Positions 10,213 to 20,192 of a stretch of 64,000 bases of DNA are shown piece after piece. How positions within the stretch are numbered: the first letter of the stretch is position 1; each line of letters starts with the position of its first letter. The position numbers and the translations under genes were made by a program. This stretch comes from a virus (taxonomy: Duplodnaviria > Caudoviricetes). The stretch lies in the IMG/VR virus record IMGVR_UViG_3300031853_000003, positions 64,001 to 128,000 of that record; one strand, written 5' to 3'. A model generated the notes under the pieces. The model worked only from the letters and a program-made list of their open reading frames with translations, was not told where the DNA came from and did not search any database.

Positions 10213-10743
10213 ATGGCTACTGAAAAGAAAACAGAAGAAATGGTTGATATTGAAACTGCTGATCTTGATACGGTCGCAGAAGAAGTGACAACTACTGATA
10301 CAATCGAAGAGCCTGAAACCAATGTTGTAGAGGATACTGCTGAAGAGCCTGCTGAGGAGACTACCGAAGAGTCAGTTGAAGCACCTGCAGAGGAAACAGC
10401 CGACAAGCCTGCGGAGAAGACCGAGGAAGAGCCTGTTGCAGAGACCGCTGAAACCGCTGAGGGAGAGCCCGCTGCGGAGACTGCTGAAGAGGTTCCTGAA
10501 GCAGAACCAGTTGTAGACGAATTTACTACTGTACCGCCTACAAACGTAGATGTACCGGATATGGTGCAGCGTAACAACGTGCCTGTATACCAGACACCTG
10601 CATCCGCTGCTCCGTTTACATATGTATCGGGTACATTCAAGGTACTGGGACCTGTTATCAACGGTCGTGTTCGAGTAGCATTCAACATTGGCGGAATTGG
10701 TCGCACTAATGGTTTCGCTGAGACAAAGTACTTCAATTTCTAA
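10213..10743 (+). CDS. acidic low-complexity protein with a C-terminal SH3-like domain
   Basis: E/A/T/P-rich repeats (AEEPAEET) followed by a small beta domain. Confidence 0.55.
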   Translation: MATEKKTEEMVDIETADLDTVAEEVTTTDTIEEPETNVVEDTAEEPAEETTEESVEAPAEETADKPAEKTEEEPVAETAETAEGEPAAETAEEVPEAEPVVDEFTTVPPTNVDVPDMVQRNNVPVYQTPASAAPFTYVSGTFKVLGPVINGRVRVAFNIGGIGRTNGFAETKYFNF

Positions 10744-10782
10744 TACAGCTGCTCAGTAGAGGAACCAAGGAGTGTTGGGCAA

Positions 10783-11082
10783 ATGGTTGAGAATATATTA
10801 CTAGTTGGTTCAATCTGTACCGCCGTCTTAGCATTTATAGGTGTGGTCGCTAAGCTCATTCATATGATCATCAAGCTAACGAAGATGGTCAAAGATGTTC
10901 TAGAAAAGACAGATAAGAACTATATGAACAATCTGAAACTTGTTATAATGTCTGATGAAATGCCTATTGAAGAAAGATTACGTGCCGGTGAGGAATATGT
11001 TTCACATGACGGCAATGGGCAAGTCAAGGCATACTATCACAAGTTGAAGTTGGAATATGAGAAAAATGTGAAGATTTCGTAA
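10783..11082 (+). CDS. single-TM membrane protein, holin-like / lysis accessory
   Basis: N-terminal hydrophobic helix; GNGQVKAYY motif; next to the holin and lysin. Confidence 0.55.
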   Translation: MVENILLVGSICTAVLAFIGVVAKLIHMIIKLTKMVKDVLEKTDKNYMNNLKLVIMSDEMPIEERLRAGEEYVSHDGNGQVKAYYHKLKLEYEKNVKIS

Positions 11083-11182
11083 GTTAGCGTTGTTGTTGTA
11101 AAAAGTTCACTTATTACCTTATATATGGGTGATAGGTGATCTTTTTATTTATGTGGAAGATCGCCAAATATTATAATATGAG

Positions 11183-11389
11183 GTGAATAATATGAAGGAA
11201 TGGATCAAGGCTGCTGGTATTCGTGCACTCAAGACTGTTGCACAGACTGCTATCGCTACTATCGGCACTACTGCTCTCATCACTGAAGTCAACTGGGGCG
11301 TTGTCGCTGCCGCTGCTGCTCTTGCAGGTGTACTCAGTTTGCTCACCAGTCTCGCAGGTCTGCCGGAGTTGGAAGATAAGAAGAAGTAA
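11183..11389 (+). CDS. holin, r1t family
   Basis: WIKAAGIRALKTVAQTAIA...LSLLTSLAGLPE signature. Confidence 0.9.
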   Translation: MNNMKEWIKAAGIRALKTVAQTAIATIGTTALITEVNWGVVAAAAALAGVLSLLTSLAGLPELEDKKK

Positions 11390-11431
11390 TCTAACTTCCT
11401 AATCTTCTAATAACAGCGGAGGTGTTATATC

Positions 11432-13192
11432 ATGAGTCTAGCAAACAAGAAGGGCGTTGACATCTCGTATGCAAACGGCAACATAGATCTTGCAAAGGTC
11501 AAAGCTGCTGGATATGAATTCGTCATGATACGTTGTGGCTACGGTGACAACTTAGCGTATCAGGATGACGACTACTTCGAGACCAACGTCGCAAAGGCTG
11601 AGAATCTCGGTATTCCGTGGGGTACATATCTGTTCTCGTATGCTTGTTCATCTGATCAAGCAAGGAACGAAGTTGCTCACGTGAAGAGACTTCTTGAAAC
11701 TGTAGCTAAGAAAGGCTACAAACCAACTATGCCAGTTGCATTAGACATTGAACCTACTTCATATGTCAAGAACAACGGCGGTTGGAACGCCTCAAACATC
11801 AACAATGTAACCACCATCTGGTTGGAGGAAATCGCTAAACTCGGTTACTACCCGATGATCTACACAGGTTATTCCGAGTTAGACAATTTCATGTCCAAGC
11901 ACGTCAGAGAAGATTTTGACTGCTGGTTTGCACAGTGGCACACTTCACCTGCTGATTACAAGTATAACAGACTTGGAATTTGGCAGTACGGCGGAGAGTA
12001 TAACGTCATCGACGGAAACTCTATCGCAGGTGTAGGTGTCATCGACAAGAATAAGTCCTATAAGGATTATCCGACGATCATAAAGAACGGCGGTTACAAC
12101 GGCTGGAAGAAATCTACTCCGACACCTACTCCGACACCTACACCTTCGTCAGGCATCACAGAAGCTCAACTTCGTCAGAAGGTCGCAAATGTTATGCTTG
12201 AATGGAAGAAGCTCAGTGACGCTGAGAAGACATCTACTGCACATGCAGAGATCATTAAGATCTACAATGCTCAGAAGCCACTACCTGTCGATTATGCGAT
12301 GAAGGATTCTGACGCATGGTGTGCTGCTACTGTATCAGCTGCCTGGCTGAAAGTCGGTATCGCTGAATATATCACAACCGAGTGCGGATGTGGTCGTTTC
12401 AGAGATAACGCCAAGAAGCTTGGTATCTGGATAGAGAATGATGCTTACAAGCCGAAGGTCGGCGACGCTATCATTTACTACTGGGGAGACGACGGTGTAG
12501 GTGACTGCGACTACGGTGCAGACCACATAGGTATCGTCACTGCTGTAAATGGTAACACGTTCACCGTTACAGAAGGTAACATGGGCAACGGCATTGTCGG
12601 CAACCGTTCAGTTCAAGTCAATGGACGTTTCATCAGAGGCTTCATTGCTCCTGACTACGCAGCAATTGCGAAGAAAGTCAACGGAAAGGTTACTCCTGAT
12701 CCTACTCCGTCTCCGACACCAACACCTTCCGTCGCTAAGCCTTCTATCACTATCCGAGGTGTTGCAAGCGGAAAATGGCTAGGCTACATCACAGATGGTG
12801 AAGACTATTCTGGTATCCTTGGAAACATGCTTGTTGCACTTGCAGCGAAAGTTACTAAGGGTAGCATCGAATATAGTGTCCACATCAGAGGCGGAAGTTG
12901 GCTTGGTAAGGTCACAGGCTTCGACGCAAATGACTATTACAACGGATATGCCGGTAACGGTAATCCGGCTACCAAGGGCAGCGCAATCGACTGCATCAAG
13001 ATGTACTACGATACACCTTCTGATGTTGTCAGTGCGTATGGTTACTACAAGGTAGCATATCAGGTACACGTACTTGGAGGCGGCTGGCTTGATTGGCAGT
13101 ACGATACCGAGACGACCGGCGGTCAGGACGGATACGCAGGATACTACGGTTGCATTATCGATGGTGTTCGTGCGAAGCTTGTCAAGGCCTAA
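11432..13192 (+). CDS. modular endolysin: GH25 muramidase + CHAP + ChW-like cell-wall repeats
   Basis: GVDIS...FVMIRCGYG...ALDIE...IWQY (GH25); PT linkers; WCAA/HIGIV/EGN (CHAP); YxVHxxGGxWL repeats. Confidence 0.9.
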   Translation: MSLANKKGVDISYANGNIDLAKVKAAGYEFVMIRCGYGDNLAYQDDDYFETNVAKAENLGIPWGTYLFSYACSSDQARNEVAHVKRLLETVAKKGYKPTMPVALDIEPTSYVKNNGGWNASNINNVTTIWLEEIAKLGYYPMIYTGYSELDNFMSKHVREDFDCWFAQWHTSPADYKYNRLGIWQYGGEYNVIDGNSIAGVGVIDKNKSYKDYPTIIKNGGYNGWKKSTPTPTPTPTPSSGITEAQLRQKVANVMLEWKKLSDAEKTSTAHAEIIKIYNAQKPLPVDYAMKDSDAWCAATVSAAWLKVGIAEYITTECGCGRFRDNAKKLGIWIENDAYKPKVGDAIIYYWGDDGVGDCDYGADHIGIVTAVNGNTFTVTEGNMGNGIVGNRSVQVNGRFIRGFIAPDYAAIAKKVNGKVTPDPTPSPTPTPSVAKPSITIRGVASGKWLGYITDGEDYSGILGNMLVALAAKVTKGSIEYSVHIRGGSWLGKVTGFDANDYYNGYAGNGNPATKGSAIDCIKMYYDTPSDVVSAYGYYKVAYQVHVLGGGWLDWQYDTETTGGQDGYAGYYGCIIDGVRAKLVKA

Positions 13193-13234
13193 TTCAATAC
13201 CTGTAACAGGTTCTTAGAATCTGCTGCATATAGG

Positions 13235-13265
13235 AGCGCTGTTCCAATAGGGGCAGCGCTTTATT
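13235..13265 (+). terminator. intrinsic terminator after the endolysin
   Basis: AGCGCTGTTCC/GGGGCAGCGCT hairpin followed by TTATT. Confidence 0.7.
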
Positions 13266-13321
13266 ATGTAAAATCGTTAAATACTACATAATAAACTATC
13301 ACTAAGGAGTTGTATTTTATT

Positions 13322-13753
13322 ATGTTGTATGAAGTAATCAATCAAGATGGTAAGGTCATGGCAGGTACTACATATAAATCCTGTATCTATCCAATGGATC
13401 TGATGATACGTATGAACGACAATGGATGGAGATTCCGCATAGACGGCAAGCTTGTTCCTAAAACCAATTTCAAATCTTCTATGGAGCAGGCCATTGCTAA
13501 TGCTGTATGCGAACATGGTACAGAGTACAATCCTGATGGAGATGAGCCTTCCGAGAAGAAGTCTACTCCTGCTGTTCATCCTGTGCAGCGTACAAGACGC
13601 GGAGGAAAGGTTCGTTGCCTCGACAACGGCAAGATCTACAATTCACAATCTGAAGCTGCAAAAGCTCTCAAGATTGACCCTGCACAGGTCAGCGATAGCA
13701 TCAAGACCGGCAGACCTCGTAGCGGATATACATTCGAGAGGGTGGAAGAATGA
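13322..13753 (+). CDS. NUMOD1-type DNA-binding protein
   Basis: C-terminal KVRCLDNGKIYNSQSEAAKAL...GYTF; no nuclease motif seen. Confidence 0.65.
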   Translation: MLYEVINQDGKVMAGTTYKSCIYPMDLMIRMNDNGWRFRIDGKLVPKTNFKSSMEQAIANAVCEHGTEYNPDGDEPSEKKSTPAVHPVQRTRRGGKVRCLDNGKIYNSQSEAAKALKIDPAQVSDSIKTGRPRSGYTFERVEE

Positions 13754-13950
13754 GAAAGAGGTGGAAGATCAAGGGTGAAGTATTCTGCCCGTACTACATC
13801 GACATCTGGTACACCAATACTGTAGTTATCTACATCAGAGCGTTTACACAGTCTGGTGCAGAACGTAAAGGTCTTAGAAAGCTTCGTCGTAGATATAAGA
13901 CCGATGAGGTGAAAGTCATTCGAGTACGCCAAATGAAATCAGAACGGTGA
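13750..13950 (+). CDS. small basic hypothetical protein
   Basis: ATGA overlap with the upstream gene. Confidence 0.5.
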   Translation: MRKRWKIKGEVFCPYYIDIWYTNTVVIYIRAFTQSGAERKGLRKLRRRYKTDEVKVIRVRQMKSER

Positions 13951-13954
13951 TTAT

Positions 13955-15784
13955 ATGATAACAATTCGACAAAACAAGGATATGGACGTCTACGAGATCA
14001 TATTCAAGTATGATCCACTAGCGATTTCACTTGTTAAAAATGTACCAGGTAGACGTTGGGACAACCAGCATAAATTCTGGACAGTCCCTACAAACATGTT
14101 AGGCTGGTTGATAGGCGAACTCAAAAACAGTCCATACTCTAATCAATACTACATTCAATCTGAAGAAGACATCAATGTGAATTCAACAGTAGATGATACT
14201 ACAGTTATCCCTAACGTAGACCTCACAGGTATCCCTTACTATGTAAAGAAAGGCGAGAAGCCGTTTGCACATCAGCTTGACTTCATGAGGTTCGCTATTG
14301 ATAGAGATAGACGAGGTCTGCACAGTGGATTCATTGTAGGAGACGATCAAGGTCTTGCCAAAACCAATGAGTCTATGAACTGGGCCATCTATCAAAGACG
14401 CACTAAGGGCTACAAACATTGTCTTGTTATCTGCTGTATAAACAATTCAAAATATAACTGGGTCAAGGACATCCAAGAACACACAGATGGCAAAGAAGTA
14501 CCATACATCCTCGGTAGCCGACTGAAACGTGATAAGGTAACTGTTGTTTGTAGAAACAGCGCAGAGAAATTTGAGGACTTGACCTGCGGTAAGATGTATG
14601 GCAAAAAAGGTGATACTGATTTACCTTACTTTCTTGTATTGAATATCGAGGCGCTGCGGGCGAAAACTGGCAAGAGGTATTACATTACCGATGAGTTGAT
14701 AAAATGGGTCAATGACGGCGAGATCGGCATGATCATTATAGATGAGGTACATAAGAATGTATCACCATCGTCGTCACAAGGAAAGCAGCTCATTCGGCTC
14801 AAAACAGCTACAGGTAAAGCGTGTGAATGGTTACCGATGTCAGGTACGCCCATCACTAAAAGGCCTACAGATGTATATCTTCCACTCAAACTTGTCGACG
14901 GTCACAATTTCAATAGTTTCTACATGTGGCAACAGCAGTTCTGTCTGTTTGGCGGATTTGGAGATCACGATGTTGTAGGATACAAAAACATCCCGAGATT
15001 GAAGTCTATGCTGCAAGGCAACATGATTCGTCGACTAAAATCTAAAGTACTGGATCTACCTCCTAAGATAAGATATACTCGTTATGTAGATAACACCAAC
15101 TATCAGAATAGACTCTATGCAAAAGTTGTTGCAAATATGCGTGCAAACAAAGAATCAATCCTTGCTAAGTCCAATCCCTTGGTAGAGTTTCTCCAGTTAC
15201 GACAAGTAAATGGCTCACCTGAACTCATTGATGACACACTTGCAGTGGATAAGAATTATCTCAAGTACAACGCTAAACTGCAGGAGTTACTTCTCATATT
15301 AGAAGAAGTACATGAACGTAGAGAAAAAATTGTGGTGCTCTCTAACTGGGTTGAGCCGTTGAGAACCTTATATAAATTCGTATCTCAGAAATACAAAACA
15401 TGTTGTTTCACAGGTACTATGAAGGAAGAAGTGAGGCAGAAGCATAAAGAAGTGTTTCTCACCAATCCCGAATACACAGTGCTGTTAGGTACTACTCCTG
15501 CGCTAGGTACAACACATACGTTGACCAGCGCGGTTAACTTATGTTTCTACGACGAACCCTGGAACCCGAATGATAAGGAACAGGGCGAAGATAGAATATA
15601 CAGAATTGGTACAAAGCAATCTGTAAACATATATACTATACTGTCACGAAACACAGTTGATGATAAGGTACATGATATCCTCTATACCAAAGACCTTATT
15701 GCAAAGTACATTGTGGACAACAAACTTGATATTCGGAAGAACCCGGAGGTATTCGATATGCTTCTAGGTGATACACTATTATAG
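13955..15784 (+). CDS. SNF2-family helicase with an N-terminal HARP-like domain
   Basis: DDQGLAKT, IIDEVH, MSGTP, QGEDRIYRIG; N-terminal FKYD...PGRRWD..KFWTVP. Confidence 0.9.
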   Translation: MITIRQNKDMDVYEIIFKYDPLAISLVKNVPGRRWDNQHKFWTVPTNMLGWLIGELKNSPYSNQYYIQSEEDINVNSTVDDTTVIPNVDLTGIPYYVKKGEKPFAHQLDFMRFAIDRDRRGLHSGFIVGDDQGLAKTNESMNWAIYQRRTKGYKHCLVICCINNSKYNWVKDIQEHTDGKEVPYILGSRLKRDKVTVVCRNSAEKFEDLTCGKMYGKKGDTDLPYFLVLNIEALRAKTGKRYYITDELIKWVNDGEIGMIIIDEVHKNVSPSSSQGKQLIRLKTATGKACEWLPMSGTPITKRPTDVYLPLKLVDGHNFNSFYMWQQQFCLFGGFGDHDVVGYKNIPRLKSMLQGNMIRRLKSKVLDLPPKIRYTRYVDNTNYQNRLYAKVVANMRANKESILAKSNPLVEFLQLRQVNGSPELIDDTLAVDKNYLKYNAKLQELLLILEEVHERREKIVVLSNWVEPLRTLYKFVSQKYKTCCFTGTMKEEVRQKHKEVFLTNPEYTVLLGTTPALGTTHTLTSAVNLCFYDEPWNPNDKEQGEDRIYRIGTKQSVNIYTILSRNTVDDKVHDILYTKDLIAKYIVDNKLDIRKNPEVFDMLLGDTLL

Positions 15785-15791
15785 GAGGAAT

Positions 15792-16031
15792 ATGATGAAG
15801 CGTGTACGCACATATGTTAGATCTGCTGCTGATGACAGTGGTAAGACCAAACTTGATATCCTCATGGATTCACTCAAAGATGATTTCGACTATGTGATGT
15901 CGGGTCTTGATAAGCTTGCAAGAGACGGCGGTGAGTCCGAGAATTCTGGTACTACTATTGCTCAGGATCTTTCCGATACACTTCAAGGCGTTATTCAGAG
16001 AATCGCCGGAATCCAAGGAGGTAACCAGTAA
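15792..16031 (+). CDS. small putative virion protein
   Basis: GGAGG RBS; basic leader ending VRSA. Confidence 0.55.
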   Translation: MMKRVRTYVRSAADDSGKTKLDILMDSLKDDFDYVMSGLDKLARDGGESENSGTTIAQDLSDTLQGVIQRIAGIQGGNQ

Positions 16032-16837
16032 TGAGAATCACATCTGCCTCTAAACGTCCTATTCAGGACATTCGTGACGATATCGCTCGTCGCAAGAGAG
16101 AATACAACGAAGCAAGAGACCGCGTGCAAAAGGCTGATGAAGAGTCCAGCAGGGCTTTCCGCAGAGCTACACAGGAAGTCATTCAGCCTGTTATCGACGA
16201 GTTGAACGCAGCTTTTGAACAGTGGGAGACCATTCATCCTGAGATCACTGCCGATATCGGCTGGGGTGATGGATATGAGATCAGTATCCGTTGCGACCGT
16301 GGAAAGAATGCAAACAATGCTCTCCAGTGGACATATGACGTCAAGCTCAACGACGACGGTTCTGTTCGTGCAAAGACTTCATCTTGGTCAGGTCTTGACG
16401 GTACTACTGAGGCGCAGCTTCATTCTCTAGAGCAAGTTATCGCAGCTCTCAGATATCTCAATTCTCTTGATTGGGCAACTCTTCTTAACAAGCAAGTTCC
16501 TGATTACAATGATTTCCGTCACAACCTCACCAAACCTCCATTCGAGGACTTTGACCAAGAGCTAGCAGACGCAGAGCTTGCCGACTGCATCGGTGAAAAC
16601 AAACTCATTCGCGTCAAGCCTTGGGGAGAAACTTGTCCATATAGAAATGAGCTGTATATCCGCATCATCCGAGAAACTCCTTCACAGTATGTCATCAATA
16701 TCGTACCGACATATGCAGCACTCAGCAATAACAGGTCTGATATCGACAAGTATCTCGGAGACGATAAATACGACACATACAGGGTAAGAAAGACTTCTAT
16801 CAAGCCTGTGTTCCCTGTAGACACTATTGACCTATAA
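16031..16837 (+). CDS. hypothetical protein (putative virion-packaged)
   Basis: TAATG coupling; leader MRITSA. Confidence 0.6.
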   Translation: MRITSASKRPIQDIRDDIARRKREYNEARDRVQKADEESSRAFRRATQEVIQPVIDELNAAFEQWETIHPEITADIGWGDGYEISIRCDRGKNANNALQWTYDVKLNDDGSVRAKTSSWSGLDGTTEAQLHSLEQVIAALRYLNSLDWATLLNKQVPDYNDFRHNLTKPPFEDFDQELADAELADCIGENKLIRVKPWGETCPYRNELYIRIIRETPSQYVINIVPTYAALSNNRSDIDKYLGDDKYDTYRVRKTSIKPVFPVDTIDL

Positions 16838-16850
16838 AAGGTGATACATA

Positions 16851-17570
16851 ATGAGAGTTCGTAAGAATATGAAGAAAGGCTCGCCAGAGGAGTTCATGCA
16901 AGCTGTTAACAACAAGATTCAAGATCTCGGCGGATCCGCTGGCTCAGTTGAGTCTGCTACTGCTGTAACCGCAGGTGTTTCGCTTTCGAGAGGCCTGCAA
17001 GCCGTATGGGATAAGATCAACAGAGGTGTTGGCAGCAGAGCCGGTGCTCAGCTTGCTATCATTGTAAATGCTGGTGACGGTTCTACAATGGCTGTTATCT
17101 CAGAAGATGAGAACAACGGCGAAGAATTCTACATCAACTACTGCCCAGCACAAGCTGACAGCGTTGTTGAAACTGAAGACGACGCTGCTAACGAGATCAT
17201 TTCACTCTGGGCAGACGACGTAGAATCCAGCGATAACATAGAAGAATGCGATGACACATTTGAGCCGATTGAGGCTGCGGACGAGCCCGAAATCACAGAT
17301 GAGATCGTCAACTACGCAACCGATGTAGGCCAACGTGTTGTAGAGATGCTCAAAGACGCTGGTATGAATGCTGATGTCACAGTCGTAGATAACTCATATC
17401 TTCAGATCACAATCGAGGATGAGCCCGGCTTAGGTGACGCCAACAGCTATGAACACATCTTAGACCTTGATGCGTTCGTTCCCGAAGAAGATCCTGAAGA
17501 CGATGCTGAGACGGTCTATGACAACATCTTATCTGAGATTCATGAGATGATTGAGGGTGACAGCGAATGA
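16851..17570 (+). CDS. acidic protein, putative processed internal head protein
   Basis: Repeated VESA/VTAG/VESS/IEAA motifs between acidic segments. Confidence 0.55.
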   Translation: MRVRKNMKKGSPEEFMQAVNNKIQDLGGSAGSVESATAVTAGVSLSRGLQAVWDKINRGVGSRAGAQLAIIVNAGDGSTMAVISEDENNGEEFYINYCPAQADSVVETEDDAANEIISLWADDVESSDNIEECDDTFEPIEAADEPEITDEIVNYATDVGQRVVEMLKDAGMNADVTVVDNSYLQITIEDEPGLGDANSYEHILDLDAFVPEEDPEDDAETVYDNILSEIHEMIEGDSE

Positions 17571-18391
17571 GAGACTGGTACTTCGGTAAAGACGAGGCAG
17601 AGAGATTCGGGGATCTGATCTGTGAGAAGCTTGCAGGCAAGACTGTATCTAAACGCAAAGACCTCGCAGAAGAGCCCGGCGGCCTGATCTACGAAGCAAA
17701 CAGACTCGGTATTGAAGATTTCTTCGACCTCCTCAAAGCCCTTGAAGGTCTGTGCTATCAGGGCAAGGCTGCCGAGATCGATGACTCTACTTACAAAGTA
17801 TATGGATGTGACAGCGTAACGTCTGCTGAAGAACCTACTATTCAGGATTACACAGTGGATGATAAGCTTCAACGCTATATCCATTCGCTTATAGGTCAGA
17901 TTGAGATACTCGCTGACGATTACGGTGTAACTATTCTGAAAGCAGACATCGAAGGAGATCAGTTCGTTGTTGTAGTTGACGGACATTCTGAAGTAGATGT
18001 TCCGCTTGAGTGTATTGTACCAGACTTCAAGTCGCTCGACAACGATGCGGAAGGTATCCTCCAGGTTGCACTAGGTATGGCGACGTTTGAAGACATATCT
18101 AGCTGCGATGATGTAATGTCCTCAGATGAAATTGTTGTTGATGACACATGGACTTGGATAGATTCTAAGACAGTATCTGACGGAGACGGCTTCCTCACAG
18201 AGTACACCTTATATCATAATGAGGCAACTGGTATGTATGTTTGCATCTTCGGAGATTCTGATCTGTATGGTCCTGAAGATACTGAGCCAGATTTCGAGAC
18301 GGACTCTGAGGAAGAGGCGTACGAGTGGTTCAATTCATACACCGGACTTGATGATGACGATGACTGGTCATTGTATGACGAGGAGATTTGA
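17567..18391 (+). CDS. acidic multi-segment protein, putative internal head protein
   Basis: ATGA overlap; internal VTSA and ISSC/VMSS motifs. Confidence 0.55.
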   Translation: MRDWYFGKDEAERFGDLICEKLAGKTVSKRKDLAEEPGGLIYEANRLGIEDFFDLLKALEGLCYQGKAAEIDDSTYKVYGCDSVTSAEEPTIQDYTVDDKLQRYIHSLIGQIEILADDYGVTILKADIEGDQFVVVVDGHSEVDVPLECIVPDFKSLDNDAEGILQVALGMATFEDISSCDDVMSSDEIVVDDTWTWIDSKTVSDGDGFLTEYTLYHNEATGMYVCIFGDSDLYGPEDTEPDFETDSEEEAYEWFNSYTGLDDDDDWSLYDEEI

Positions 18392-18873
18392 TGGCAGGAT
18401 CTGAAATCGGCAAGAAAGCCGAAGATAAAATCAAACAATGGTTAGATAGACCTGACGAAGGTTACTCCTTTGACAGAATCTATGACCAGATGACTGGATT
18501 CTACGGAAGCAAAAACATCGCTGATTTCACCTGTTTCAAATCACCTAATGAATACTACATCGAAAGCAAAGCAACCTGGGAAGATAGATTTGACTTCAAC
18601 ATGATAACAGATACACAGCGAGAAGGACTTCTGCAAAAGTCAAAGATCGAAAACGTGTATGGTTGGGTTGTTGTCCTATTTGCTTCTCACAAGCGAGCTT
18701 TCGTACTTGATATTCGAGACATTGAGAGATGTCGTACGGAGCTAGGTCAGAAATCTCTCAATATAAGAAAGATAATGAAATGGCCAATTCCGTACAAAGA
18801 GATTCGAACTGTTCCTAACAATCGAAAGCAACTGCTTGATTATACGGGAGAGATCGAAGAATATATTCGCTAA
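18391..18873 (+). CDS. RecU-like Holliday junction resolvase / PD-(D/E)xK nuclease
   Basis: GKKAE...ADF...IESKAT...Q motif arrangement. Confidence 0.7.
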   Translation: MAGSEIGKKAEDKIKQWLDRPDEGYSFDRIYDQMTGFYGSKNIADFTCFKSPNEYYIESKATWEDRFDFNMITDTQREGLLQKSKIENVYGWVVVLFASHKRAFVLDIRDIERCRTELGQKSLNIRKIMKWPIPYKEIRTVPNNRKQLLDYTGEIEEYIR

Positions 18874-18931
18874 CTTCTTGACCATTTGCCGGATGGTCTT
18901 TGTTTAGGCATAAAATACCTCCTTTCAAAAG

Positions 18932-18972
18932 AACAGATGCTCGTCACGGGTCAGGTGGCGAGCATTTGTTTT
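18932..18972 (+). terminator. intrinsic terminator
   Basis: AACAGATGCTCGTCAC/GTGGCGAGCATTTGTT hairpin followed by TT. Confidence 0.7.
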
Positions 18973-19003
18973 ATCATCAAATTTCGTTAAATGTAGTAGA
19001 GAG

Positions 19004-19423
19004 GTGATATGTATGTGTAAATTGTGTGATACATACGATTTCAATCAGGTTCAGATATTGGATCAGCTTGGAGAAACTACTATTGCACTTAGAAGTGGAT
19101 CAGCGCCCTTCCCTATGTCAGAGCACTTTCAACACTGCCCGCTGTGTGGCAGACACATTTTCTATGATGAATTCAGTAAGGGTTCCGAACACATCTTCGT
19201 TGTGAAACATGATGAAGACTTTGAAGATGTATACTACGGCAGGATCATCAGTGTATTCGGCAATGATGTAACCTTCATAACTATGCTAACAGATCAGCCT
19301 GTTAGCTTCACTGTCAAGAAGGTAGATGTATTCAGCCTCTCTGAGTATCTGCATTACAAGTATATCGCATACAATGCGAACCGTACAGAGCATTTCAAGA
19401 TTGACGTGAAACTAGGCGTATAG
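19004..19423 (+). CDS. hypothetical protein with CxxC pairs
   Basis: CKLC and CPLCG; follows a TCGTTA motif. Confidence 0.55.
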   Translation: MICMCKLCDTYDFNQVQILDQLGETTIALRSGSAPFPMSEHFQHCPLCGRHIFYDEFSKGSEHIFVVKHDEDFEDVYYGRIISVFGNDVTFITMLTDQPVSFTVKKVDVFSLSEYLHYKYIAYNANRTEHFKIDVKLGV

Positions 19424-19461
19424 CCTTTCATATACATATCATTCCAAAGGAGGAACACATA

Positions 19462-19917
19462 TTGTTTAACAAACGAAAGATGAGGAAGCGAGCCTACAAA
19501 GATATGTCTGAAATGTCATTGAAGCGATTCAAGGATATGCTGATGAAGCTCGGCGGACACTGTCCGGAAGCTGCTTCTGCCATCGCACGAGAGATGCTCA
19601 GCAAGGGTGTGATCTATCCACCTGTGATGCCTAAGGATACAGTTTGGTGGGTTACACCTGTTTGTGCTGATCTCATTTTCAACAAGAGATTGCACAAGGC
19701 AAAAGTATTTTCTGTCATGTATAAAGAAGAAGGCTGTATCATTCGTCTCAAACTTAATGGAAGAAACGAAAGGGGTCGCTTCGATTCTGCGTATGTAGAC
19801 GTACCAATAACAGATCTCGGCATGGCGCTATTTTACAGGAAGGAATATGCAAGAGCAACTTGCGCAACACTTGAAAGGGACATCAAAGATGAATGTGAAA
19901 ACACTAAACGGAGCTAA
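19462..19917 (+). CDS. hypothetical phage protein (PxKxGDTVW family)
   Basis: GGAGG RBS; paralogous pattern with the next gene. Confidence 0.55.
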   Translation: MFNKRKMRKRAYKDMSEMSLKRFKDMLMKLGGHCPEAASAIAREMLSKGVIYPPVMPKDTVWWVTPVCADLIFNKRLHKAKVFSVMYKEEGCIIRLKLNGRNERGRFDSAYVDVPITDLGMALFYRKEYARATCATLERDIKDECENTKRS

Positions 19918-20182
19918 TCTTCTGCTTCCTGCCAAACCTGGTGATCATGTTTGGCTTATTGTAGGTCTTGGATTCTATGAGGTACGTGAATGTATCATTT
20001 CTCAATGGATCTACAACGAAAACGGAATCTTCTGCAAGTTGAAGTATTTGGATAAGGATACAAAGGAGCCAATTGTCGAGCTTCGTACAGACTATCCAAT
20101 TGACGACTTCTCAAAATATATCTTTTTAGCAGAATCTGATGCAAAGATGTTTTGTGATAAGTACAATGGACTAGATATGTAG
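19889..20182 (+). CDS. hypothetical phage protein (PxKxGDTVW family)
   Basis: LLPAKPGDHVW...FSKYIFLAESDA. Confidence 0.55.
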   Translation: MNVKTLNGANLLLPAKPGDHVWLIVGLGFYEVRECIISQWIYNENGIFCKLKYLDKDTKEPIVELRTDYPIDDFSKYIFLAESDAKMFCDKYNGLDM

Positions 20183-20192
20183 GAGGTATGGC

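Noticed and set aside
10095-10736. 213-aa minus-strand Ser/Ala-rich ORF
   Set aside because: Antisense of the low-complexity acidic gene 10213-10743
14330-14370. SNF2 Walker A variant DDQGLAKT as a sign of inactivation
   Set aside because: The catalytic Lys-Thr and all other helicase motifs are intact, so the G-to-A change alone is insufficient evidence
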